A DNA stretch of 64,000 nt, taken from the NCBI RefSeq assembly GCF_964355755.1, contig NC_092671.1, positions 6,200,001 through 6,264,000 on the forward strand, in the 5' to 3' direction. Positions 51,801-59,795 of this stretch are shown one piece after another. Position 1 is the stretch's first letter, and each line of letters begins with the position of its first letter. This DNA comes from Antedon mediterranea. Lineage: Eukaryota > Animalia > Echinodermata. Below the pieces are notes generated by a model. The model had not been told where the DNA came from and ran no database searches. It saw nothing but the letters and a program-made list of their open reading frames with translations. Position numbers and translations under genes: made by a program.

Positions 51801-54800
51801 TGGTTTGTTCCATATTTAGATTTTTTAAATTTTTTAGAAGCAACAAGTAAACAATACCAAAAAAATAATTTTCCAAAATAAAATAACTTTTACTCACAGC
51901 AATTTTAATTCTAATTTCATATCTGGTGATATATTGTTTTTATTTCATCCTATTAAAATCTGAGGTTGTGTTACAATATATATATAATTATTTTTTCTTT
52001 GCACTGAATGCAACATGGATTCTATTCACATCCAACTGTTTGCACAATTATACTGACACCGTTTCATCAGCTATGGATTCTATCCCAAATTCCTTTTTCA
52101 TTTTTTTTTTGTTATCATGAAGACCCACTATAAATTAATATTCAAAATCTTGACTACCAGAACATTATAATAATAACCAAAAAAAAAAAAAAATTGTATT
52201 TAAACAATATTTTTTTTAAATAATAAAAAAATCGCCACTACTCATAAAACAATACAAAATATTATTAACAAAAAAGAAACATTTGTTTTTAAACAATATT
52301 AATTTAAAAATTTGGCTGAGTAAGTGCTTAACAAAACAAAAGGTATATTTAGAAAGATATTGCTTAGCAACACATAACAATGTGTATCCTATGCGATTGT
52401 TTGACAGCTGGTCATATTCTCAAGAATGTACATTTTGCCACATTCATGTTAATATCAACCATAACATAATAGATTTTTTTGAGATTTATGATAATTAATA
52501 TAATAATCATATATATTTTAGATTTGTAAAAAAAAAAAAATCAATCAAAACAATTTGATTTTTATTATTATTTGAAATTGATTGAAATTTATATAATTAT
52601 TACTAAAAGAGATAGTGGGTTTTTGTAATTAGACATTTTATTTCATAAAGAATTTAAAACAGATTCATCATACCCTGCTTAAACCTGATACACCGATTGC
52701 TGTGTTTAATCAAGTCATTACTAATAAACTGATAGATTCTTTATGTATACACATACAAATAACATATATGTGTATATATATATATATTTGCTAATTAGCC
52801 TCTTTCTTTTTTTTTTATGTTCATAGTATGATAACAAACTGTGTTTTTTTGGTTTATTTTGTGCAACCCTTTTAACATTCTGATAACAGCACCGTGAGGT
52901 GAACGACGTCCCCCTTAAATAAAAATGAAAAGAAAATATTCGATAACAATTTGAGAATATTTTGGCAACACATTTTAATGTAGTATATTATTAATACAGT
53001 TTTGTGCTTCAGCTATTATGTGTTGCCAGCTTTAGGGAGATGTTTGCCCTGGTTTTTAAACAACGTCTTTTTTGAAAATGATAATTTTTTTGTATTAATT
53101 ATTGCCATTATTGTTGTTTATTGTTATTACTATTATTATTCTTGTTATTATTGATGCATGTTGTTGTGTTGACCTATGAACTTTCCACTCATGACCTTTC
53201 AACTTTGGAAGGTACAGGAATGACGAGTTTGACCGGGGTGAATGGATTTGGGACGCCTTCCACTAATGGCGCAACCGGACCTAGTGTAGATCTTTCCACA
53301 CTATCACAGGCCTATTCTGGAATCCAACAATACACAGGTGCGTTATTTCACTCGGCCAGTTAAAAAAATTTGGGTGGCGACAACGAGGACACAAGACGCC
53401 AGTATGCCTTCAACGGGTGAACGCAACAAAGCACACTCATAGCTAACAGACATGTCGTACAAAGGCTCATAAATCCTGAAAATGTTACTAAAGCAATCAT
53501 TTTACGTCTCAACAAAATAATCAAGTGTACAAAATCAAATTCAATGAATGTTTGTTTTATTTTATAATTTATACAAATTTCTCAATTTGGTCTTCGTTTG
53601 TCTTTTGTATTTTTAATTTTTCATCCAAAAACACCCAGTAGTTTCATTCCTGTACAAGGCCAAAATTTTAATCTAGGATAAAATCCTAAAATAAATTAAA
53701 ATTACAATTGTAAATATATTTTTTTTAAAGGGATAATTTTGACCGATTATGTATTTATTATTTATTTTCCTGGTTACCCGTTTCACCTCGCTATTATTAT
53801 TTTACGTTTCTTGCATGTTAGTTTTTTGTGTACATTTCCTTTTTCCGTTTGAGCTTATTTTTTCGCTCTGCTCCTTTTACACTCTGGTTAATGCATGGAC
53901 GTGTTGTCGTTGGTTTTCTAACAATGTTGACGCACTGTTAACGCGGACAAGTTTATGTTTTAGTTTGCCTTGAATTATTAATCGATTGCTTGGTAGCCAA
54001 TCACATTTGCGGTTTTTTTGTTTTGACATTCTCAAACATTATTCTGCTCTTCTACTCCGAACACACCTTGCGATGTTTTCTTCTGGAGAAAACTGAGCAA
54101 TTGTTGTACGGAGCTAGACTATTCGTGTGTGCGTGTGATCGTTTACCCATTGTGGATGGCGCCATTCTTTATAATCTTTTTAACTTGGCCCAAAACAACA
54201 AATATTAACACTGAATCCTATTTAACACCTTCATATATATTTTTTATTATATGTGATAATGATTTATTATTATTATTTATACTTATATATGTTAATAGTT
54301 TATTACAATTGGTTATATATAGTCTTTATAACATACTATTGCTTATTATCAACCTATCATATTCCTCCTAATTCAAAACTGGTTTTCTTATATACTTTTT
54401 CTGTTATCCAAATTTCTCTGAACTGTACTATATTTGTTCTGGTTTAAAAATAAATTCAAGAAGTATATGGTAATTAGATATTATGTTATTCAATTAAGGA
54501 TACATTTAATTAAGGACAACTTTGAATCAATCCATTCTGGATCAACATTAAATAAAACCAATTAAACAATTATGCATTAAAATTGTTAAAAGGTACCTTG
54601 AATTGCATTATCTTACTTTGGCAGAAAGGTCATCTTTAAAATTGAAATTAAAAATTAATTCTGGTCTTTAATTGGAAGCCAGGATATGTTGTACTTTGCA
54701 CTCATAATCAGAAATAGGTACCAAGTTACTTTATAATTATTATTATTGAAAATTCTGTGCTGGGTTCATCATAATAATCTTTATAAATGACTTGAGGGTT

Positions 54801-57552
54801 TTACAAATAATATTCATTGATATATTGTAATAATAAACTAAGTGATGAAAGGCCATAAAATATACCGTAATGACAAATTGTAGTTGTGATGGTCTCCATG
54901 GCAACAAATGTACTTCCAACTATACTGCTGCCATATTGCTATTTAATAAATGCTTTCTTTTTGTCATTATTTTTGGTACATTAGCACAATTTCCAAATGG
55001 CTTTGGAACAACGTTCACACAACAACCTGTGCCAACAAAACAACGAGAAGGTTAGTGCGATCAAAGTAAAATCCATTTTATATTTGATGGATAGTTTTGT
55101 AATAACACATGTCACTTCCAAGTTTAAAGCAAATCAAACTTTGTGACAAAAAAAATGTAATGTGCCCATATATGGACATATATCATACCATATTTAAGCA
55201 TATCACTACCATATTTGGGCATGTCACACTTTTTTTCTAAAACTAGTTTGATAGTGTAGACAGAGCTTAAGAGCTGCTCTTGTAGATGTAGTCGCTATTG
55301 GAGAAGGAAGAAGCAAGAATTCATTTTGGATACCATCCAGTAAAGTTTATACCCCAATTTTCACTCTGTTCCCGACCTGGCCGATAATTATTGAAATTGA
55401 CAAAAAAAAAATTAAAACGACAAGCAAATAGCCTTAAAGAATTCACTGATAATTTTCTAGTATCTATTCCCATCTCTAAACACTTCATACAACATTTTGT
55501 TGCAAGCCCTAAGAGATTATAGTAGGTCACAAATATATAATACTATTTATACATTCGTTGCCACCTTGCATGCAAATTTATATTCACATTTTTTGGCCTA
55601 GTTTTTTTTAACTAGAGTTCATAAACCCAGATAACAATTCAACAATTCCATGCACATACGCTATGTGACGCACATAACACACTTAGTTGCAAAATGGCCA
55701 ATTATTAAGATTATCAAATACATGTTAGAGAATCACGAGGGAAAATAAATTATTACAATGTATACAATTTTAAGTACACATTATTTACCATGATTAGTTC
55801 TAATAATAAAGGTAATAAATATATAGAATTAGTCATCAATCAAAATTTACAAAACTCTGTATAATTCTCATAAGTGATTGCATATTATACATGACATGCT
55901 TTTCTCTTGCTTATGTGCAGGTTTCACAAATATAATTTAAGAAAAAAATTTGAAAAAGTTGTGAAATATCTATATTTATCCCTGAAAAAGTATATTACCT
56001 TTAATAGTATTTAACTAAATATAGTGCTATTTGGTATAGAGAGCTTACAACATGAAATGGTTCATAAGCAGTACACCTACAATTACTATAGCACAGAACC
56101 AAAGCTTGTCACTTCCCCGCACATAATAGTTAAGCTCGGTCTACACTATATCAAACTTTGTGGCAAAAAAAAAAATGTGATGTGCCCATAATGGACACGA
56201 TGATGTCATATCACTACCATATCTGGGAATATCAAATTCTTTTGTCACATAAAGTTTGATAGTGTAGACACAACTTTATATTAATTTATATAGATATCTA
56301 TTTAATATTGTATTGTATTACAGAATTTCAGAATACTATATTTACTTGTTCCTAATTACCATTGTGTAACTATAATCAAGGTGATTTGTTAAAATCATAG
56401 CTATTCAGTCATCCTTCGTTGTTCTTTTTAATGTACCATATTTATCAAACTATTATATAGGCAGTCTGGAATTTATTTACAATTGATGCTATTGTCACAT
56501 TAAGGAGCTATAACACTGCCAATTTACGTCACTCAAGTTCCCAGATGGTGCATATTCAACAGCGTTCCACTGCTCTCTGACCAACAGTCTACTTTTCCTG
56601 ACCAGTATAATTTTCAACCTAATTGATTTTGTGAAAATTATAGACTGCTTATAAATTATATTTAGTTTGATAAAATCTAATATTTCTAGGGGAATAAACA
56701 TATTTATTTAGAATCTTTCTATATTTTATGTTTGTTATATCCAGTTAACTGTATGGTGTTTTTTTTTCCATCTACCTTCAGGGCCTGATGGTGCCAATCT
56801 GTTCATCTATCACTTGCCACCAGAGCTTCAAGACGCTGACCTAGTTCAGATGTTTGCACCCTTTGGAAATGTTGTCAGCGCAAAAGTATTTATAGACAAA
56901 AAGACAAACCTCAGTAAATGTTTTGGTAAGAAGTTTTATCATTTAATTTTTTAAAATACTGATAATACTGTAGTAGATGCAGCTGAAATGAATATGAAAC
57001 AATAGTTACAAAGGTCTGTGTGTGTTTAGAAGCATCTATTGTTTTACCTATTATAATGTGATGGGTTTACTGCTCTGAGACCCAGCCTGAGTAGTCTGGA
57101 AAGTTTGTAGGGTACAAACAAACCTCCCTTTATCATGACATGCCATTTTCAAACTAGGAAACAGCAGTCAATGTGTTAGTAATCTGGAAAATTTAATCTG
57201 CTGCGTTAGACTGAAAACAATCCTTTTGTTCAGTAGCCTCTTTGATCTCCCAGTCCATAGTGGTTTGCTAGCCTTCCCCTTTAGGGAAAAGAACTCCTAA
57301 CAAATCATCCTGGCTATAGGCTTGCAGTTTGAATTACAGTTCTGGATATAATTAACTTGTAACTCTACTGTGCCCAATGGCCATTTCTCAATGTTTAGTT
57401 GTATAAAGATATAATTTGTACTTTTCACAGGTTTTGTGAGTTTTGATAATCCAACCTCAGCACAGTCAGCAATCACAACAATGAACGGTTTCTCAGTGGG
57501 CTCAAAGAGGCTTAAAGTGCAATTGAAACGCAACAAGGAAAAACCATATTAA
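12585..57552 (+). CDS. CELF1/2: CELF1/2-type (CUGBP Elav-like family, Bruno-like) RNA-binding protein, 17 coding exons: join(12585..12804,17290..17372,19271..19319,22906..23037,30040..30119,33702..33845,36910..36982,39151..39324,41126..41203,43655..43720,48702..48725,49804..49869,51645..51710,53212..53337,54985..55050,56782..56925,57431..57552), 570 aa with all exons
   Basis: Hand splicing gives one open frame of 1713 nt with GT-AG introns. Family motifs: [67 protein letters not shown] (CELF1/2-type linker motif), [38 protein letters not shown]. Inclusion of individual linker exons is less certain than the RRM exons. Confidence 0.95.
13143..13312. mobile_element. Palindromic MITE family B (left TIR truncated; Harbinger-like right end ...CTAGTGGGAACCAAGCT-TTA)
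   Basis: Arms caaggacgtaacgcaacgcaagtg..accaatcacaagcga and tcgcttgtcattggt..cgcttgcgttgcgtttacgtccttg are reverse complements. Confidence 0.75.
15395..15712. mobile_element. Non-autonomous element ending in a hairpin with ~75-bp arms (15548..15709); class uncertain, possibly Crypton-like
   Basis: Arms acaaataatgaatgttt..ggtgaatgatgaaaggttatatcaac and gttgatataacctttcatcattcacc..aaacattcattatttgt; short inverted repeat ttatataaca/tgttatataa upstream. Confidence 0.6.
16978..17063. repeat. Tandem repeat, 29 bp x3 (ACTACTGTAGCTTTCCATACCTGTATATG)
   Basis: Three near-identical units. Confidence 0.95.
17290..17372 (+). CDS. CELF1/2: CELF coding exon 2 (RRM1 RNP1)
   Basis: tttttcag| (G)[27 protein letters not shown] |gtaagt; 83 nt, phase 1->0. 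Confidence 0.95.
17381..18470. repeat. Exact 40-bp direct repeat (17381-17420 and 18431-18470), 1050 bp apart
   Basis: TAAAATAGATGATACAATTAAAACGGCTGAAAAAAATATG at both positions. Confidence 0.9.
19271..19319 (+). CDS. CELF1/2: CELF coding exon 3 (end of RRM1, RRM1-2 linker)
   Basis: cttttcag| [16 protein letters not shown] |gtaagt; 49 nt, phase 0->1. Confidence 0.95.
19589..19760. repeat. Imperfect inverted repeat (old MITE-like fold-back)
   Basis: aatttcatgatacagcatatcatgtgtttaacatgtgat pairs with atcacatgtaatacacctgagatactgtattatgaaatt; outer arms tttgtctagtat / atactggacaaa. Confidence 0.65.
22906..23037 (+). CDS. CELF1/2: CELF coding exon 4 (first part of RRM2)
   Basis: ttttccag| (A)[43 protein letters not shown](G) |gtatta; 132 nt, phase 1->1. 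Confidence 0.95.
30040..30119 (+). CDS. CELF1/2: CELF coding exon 5 (RRM2 RNP1)
   Basis: tctttcag| (G)[26 protein letters not shown] |gtaact; 80 nt, phase 1->0. Confidence 0.95.
30365..32857. repeat. 27-bp minisatellite TATCCAAAATGATATGTTTGAACAC(G/T)G; homogeneous core 30966-32857 (~70 units) with a 918-bp higher-order duplication; degenerate left flank
   Basis: 9-aa periodicity in the ORF track; rare variants recur exactly 918 bp apart (GATAGG at 31454 and 32372; CACAGT at 31601 and 32519). Confidence 0.97.
33702..33845 (+). CDS. CELF1/2: CELF coding exon 6 (end of RRM2, start of divergent linker)
   Basis: cttgatag| [48 protein letters not shown] |gtaggt; 144 nt. A second possible donor lies 4 nt downstream (33849/33850). 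Confidence 0.92.
34172..34333 (+). mobile_element. MITE family A copy
   Basis: taaagctctgtcaacattatcaaactagtttg...gtttgatagtgtagacagagcttta. Confidence 0.85.
35937..36045 (+). mobile_element. Terminal fragment of a Tc1/mariner (Tc2/pogo-like) DNA transposon
   Basis: TA followed by CCGTATATTTCGGTGTATAAGTCGCAC, with three TGTATAAG(A/T)CGCACC subterminal repeats; the opposite end was not found. Confidence 0.6.
36225..36830. repeat. Tandem repeat, ~7 units of 86-96 bp
   Basis: GGTTTAAGCTAATC recurs with its TTT at 36233, 36329, 36421, 36509, 36597, 36683 and 36769. Confidence 0.92.
36910..36982 (+). CDS. CELF1/2: CELF coding exon 7 (Ala/Gln-rich linker)
   Basis: ttctccacag| [24 protein letters not shown] |gtaaga; 73 nt, phase 0->1, bridges the phases of exons 6 and 8. 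Confidence 0.85.
38635..38647 (-). promoter_or_regulatory. Perfect nuclear-receptor DR1 motif (AGGTCAgAGGTCA on minus strand)
   Basis: TGACCT-C-TGACCT; function untested. Confidence 0.35.
39151..39324 (+). CDS. CELF1/2: CELF coding exon 8 (poly-Ala/Gln linker)
   Basis: cttttgtag| (T)[23 protein letters not shown]12[23 protein letters not shown](G) |gtaagg; 174 nt; GC-rich island in AT-rich intron. Confidence 0.9.
41126..41203 (+). CDS. CELF1/2: CELF coding exon 9 (linker)
   Basis: cattccag| (G)[25 protein letters not shown] |gtctga; 78 nt, phase 1->1, weak donor. Confidence 0.8.
41352..41408 (+). mobile_element. Short L2-like LINE/SINE 3' tail remnant
   Basis: TGTACAGCACC..GAGCGCTATATAAAT followed by an (AAT)n tail. 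Confidence 0.45.
42547..42662 (+). mobile_element. MITE family A copy (internally deleted)
   Basis: ttaagctctatctac..tatcaaactagtttg...gtttgatagtgtagacagagct. Confidence 0.8.
43655..43720 (+). CDS. CELF1/2: CELF coding exon 10 (66-nt linker exon)
   Basis: Branch point TGCTAAC 43616-43622, pyrimidine tract, aacag| (V)[21 protein letters not shown] |gtgtgg; phase 1->1. Confidence 0.8.
43778..44111 (+). mobile_element. MITE family A copy interrupted by a LINE fragment
   Basis: Left half ends ..cccaaatat at 43837; right half resumes atatggtagtgat at 44008. Confidence 0.8.
43838..44007 (-). mobile_element. 5'-truncated L2/CR1-type LINE fragment
   Basis: Minus strand reads [14 protein letters not shown] then [15 protein letters not shown] (AP.LWN.LP..IR and K..LK..LF motifs of L2/CR1 ORF2), then GGCGCATTATAAAT and an (ATTG)n tail; ATAT on both flanks. 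Confidence 0.75.
44862..46546 (-). mobile_element. Helentron-associated non-autonomous element (HINE/DINE-1-like), outer copy
   Basis: Minus strand 5' TTACCTCCGCCAAGGAGGTA + (GTTT/GTCT)n; 3' subterminal inverted repeat GGCGGAGGTA, hairpin CACTC-TCG-GAGTG, terminal CTAG followed by TTT. Confidence 0.75.
45494..46481 (-). mobile_element. Second HINE-like element nested in the microsatellite of the outer copy
   Basis: Own subterminal repeats TACTTGGCAAAA (near 45523 and 46453, inverted copy to 46480), hairpin CACTCAG-AAA-CTGAGTG, own (AAAC)n tract; the outer element's AAAC tract resumes at 46482. Confidence 0.7.
48702..48725 (+). CDS. CELF1/2: CELF coding exon 11, 24-nt microexon
   Basis: Very long pyrimidine tract (about 48620-48700), ttacag| CC CAC TTA CAG GGA CAG AGA CCA G |gtatgc = (A)HLQGQRP; phase 1->1, no stop. 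Confidence 0.7.
48864..49042 (-). mobile_element. MITE family A copy (reverse orientation)
   Basis: taaagctctgtctaaactatcaaactttatgtgac...tttgatagggtagacagagcttta. Confidence 0.85.
49804..49869 (+). CDS. CELF1/2: CELF coding exon 12 (66-nt linker exon)
   Basis: atttag| (G)[21 protein letters not shown] |gtgcgc; phase 1->1; alternative in-frame CAG acceptor 6 nt downstream. Confidence 0.78.
50476..50637 (+). mobile_element. MITE family A copy (most consensus-like, TAA target duplication)
   Basis: TAA-AGCTCTGTCTATACTATCAAACT...AGTTTGATAGTGTTGACAGAGCT-TAA. Confidence 0.9.
51150..51500. repeat. Intronic tandem repeat, 66-67-bp unit x2 plus degenerate copies
   Basis: CATATTGAAGTCCGACTCGGAGATATCTTTGCTATTGCTAAATTTAAAAGCC at 51157 and 51223; decayed copies near 51365 and 51453. 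Confidence 0.85.
51645..51710 (+). CDS. CELF1/2: CELF coding exon 13 (66-nt linker exon)
   Basis: ttttatgtgtag| (G)[21 protein letters not shown] |gtaagt; phase 1->1, consensus donor. Confidence 0.85.
53212..53337 (+). CDS. CELF1/2: CELF coding exon 14 (linker with conserved [11 protein letters not shown])
   Basis: Acceptor aag|53212 or cag|53218 (both in frame); [42 protein letters not shown] |gtgcgt. Confidence 0.88.
54985..55050 (+). CDS. CELF1/2: CELF coding exon 15 (end of linker, ..KQRE)
   Basis: acattag| (A)[21 protein letters not shown](G) |gttagt; 66 nt; QREG|P is the usual lead-in to CELF RRM3. Confidence 0.9.
55125..55270 (-). mobile_element. MITE family A copy (reverse orientation, deletion in left TIR)
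   Basis: taaagc..atcaaactttgtgac...aaactagtttgatagtgtagacagagcttaa. Confidence 0.82.
56130..56278 (-). mobile_element. MITE family A copy with two similar ends (TTA target duplication)
   Basis: TTA-AGCTCGGTCTACACTAT..CAAACTTTGTGGC and GTCACATAAAGTTTGATAGTGTAGACACAACT-TTA. Confidence 0.8.
56782..56925 (+). CDS. CELF1/2: CELF coding exon 16 (first half of RRM3)
   Basis: ccttcag| (G)[47 protein letters not shown](G) |gtaaga; 144 nt, phase 1->1. Confidence 0.96.
57431..57552 (+). CDS. CELF1/2: CELF coding exon 17 (second half of RRM3 and stop)
   Basis: ttttcacag| (G)[39 protein letters not shown] (TAA 57550-57552); the exon runs to the donor at 57557. Confidence 0.96.
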
Positions 57553-57557
57553 ACCAG

Positions 57558-59795
57558 GTAAGTCTACGACGAGAAAAACAATGTACTACTGACTATGCCA
57601 GAATATACCCAATCAGTGAAACTGTAGAGGGGGTGCTTCAACTGAGATGTGGAACCAACATCATTTGTGTTACCAACCAAAGATGATTATATTTTTTTAA
57701 TGAGTGTAACCGCCATTTTGCATATCAACAGCTGCATTTTTCATGTGCAATATAATTATAATATAATTTAACTATGCAATAATAATGATTACAGTATTTT
57801 ATCATTATCTCTTCCTATTTTGTTTGGTGATTTTGTTTTTTAATAATTATTATTTTTACAATCTGTTTTTGGTGTTTTGGGTATTTCTGAATATTATTAA
57901 TTGCCAATCTTTTATATTTTAACTTTTATTTTTGGTGAATATGATGATTTATCCTTCTCTGTGGCATATTTTTATGCATTTTTAAAATGAAAAGTCTGTG
58001 AATTTAGATTTATTTGAATGTCAATTTGAAGTCCAAGTCCTGAATACATTAATTTACTATTAAGTTTTAGGTGAATCAATCTGTCAATGTACGTCAAATA
58101 TTTTATTCAGAATTCTGTGAAAATGTTATTACAATTTCATGAATTACATCAATCTTGTTATATGCAAATTGTTATAATCCCCTTAAAATATGCCGCAGAA
58201 TTGGATTAAAAAAAATGTAGAACCCATACAAATAAAATGTCCTTGTTGTTTTTATTATCAGCCTACTTATATATGCTGTTAACCTCTTGGGTCCCGAACA
58301 CTATACTAATATAAAAGACAAACTATTACTGGTACATTTAAACACTTTATCTTTGAAATGTTTCTAACTGGTAAAGTTGGACATAAGTAAATGGGAGATA
58401 TAGCTACACCTGAACACTAAAATAAGATTAGGAATTGTCACTTTGTTTGTATGGGTGTCTAATTAATAAGTTTATTTTGTACTGTTTTTAATTTGGTTTT
58501 GAAAATGCATGCAAGATGGAATTTAATTTTAGAATCATAACTTATTAAATGAGGTAACAAATGTAATTCTAATTTTTATGAAATATCATGTCGAAAAAAT
58601 TTAAGAAATAAAGGAAAAATGTTTTGTTGTAAACTTTGAAAAGTGGACATTGTTGGAAGGAGAAAAGTTACGCATTTAGAGTTATTTTTTATATACAATA
58701 ATACAAAAATGTATAATTGTTTTTTGTTACCTCATTTTGATAGGTTTGGTTAACAGAAGTGTACAAATAGTATCTCAATTTGTACCAGTGATAATCATGA
58801 GGATTAATTAGTTAATAAGTGATAAAAATTATTGATGGTGCGACTAACCGGCCTTAAATAACGAATATTTTACCAAAAATGTGTTTTTTAACAAAAGAAA
58901 CAAAAATGTATTACCAGTTATTAAAGTGAAATAGGAAAGTAAAAATAGGTATTTAATAAATAAAGAATTCCAAATTTTTTATTAATTTTTTTTTATAAAA
59001 ACAATTGTTACAAAAAGATTCAGTACAACTTTTGGCAGTATAATTGATACGGTTGGAATGATTTTCAACACAGATGATTGGCGCTTGATATTTTATCATT
59101 CCATTTTATGTGTGTGTGTTTTGTAATATTTTTGTGCTTAATGTTTTGTCATCACTGCCTGGTGTATTTGTAGTTTTTGTAACCATTGTTTTTAGCTACT
59201 GCTAACCTGTTTTTGGTAAAACGATTGTTAAAAAAAGGAAATTTAAATTTGAAATAATTTGTAAAAGTTAATTGTAAACAAACTTGACCCATTAAATTTG
59301 GTAAAAATTAAATTAAAATTCCTTATATTCCCAAATTAAATGCAATACAAGAGCTTTAACATTTAACAAAATTAATAATTTGTAACTTGTATCATCTTTC
59401 TTTGTATGCGTTTTCAATGTAGTTTTTTAGTTTCACTATTATTTCATGTTTTACTTTATCTTTTTAATTTAGCTTGCTTTTTTTAATTCATGCATGCTGT
59501 TAAATTATTGTGTGCTCCCTATAATTGTCTTAAAAAATTGTTTTTTGGAAAATGAGGAACAAAAAATTCAATGATATGTTATATCTTCCTATCAATGTAA
59601 TGTTTGTTAATGATATAAGTACTTTACTGTGTTTTTACATTTTGTTATTTAATTTTACATCTTTTCATTTTAGTTGCTACTTCCATTGTGGAAGTTTCTT
59701 CTTTACACTCTTTTCATAATTTACTAACTCCACAATTTATCTGTCAATCCATTCCTATGTTTTTTGTTTTTTTGTTTTCTTGTTCTTTATAATAG
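57558..59795 (+). other. Intron in the 3' UTR, starting 5 nt after the stop codon
   Basis: Consensus donor CAG|GTAAGT at 57557/57558; consensus branch point TACTAAC 59722-59728; AG-free U-rich tract; first downstream AG at 59794-59795. Confidence 0.7.

Noticed and set aside
57297-57536. Antisense ORFs over coding exons (also 12596..12778 and 33631..33835)
   Set aside because: Shadows of the + strand CELF exons with no independent gene signals.
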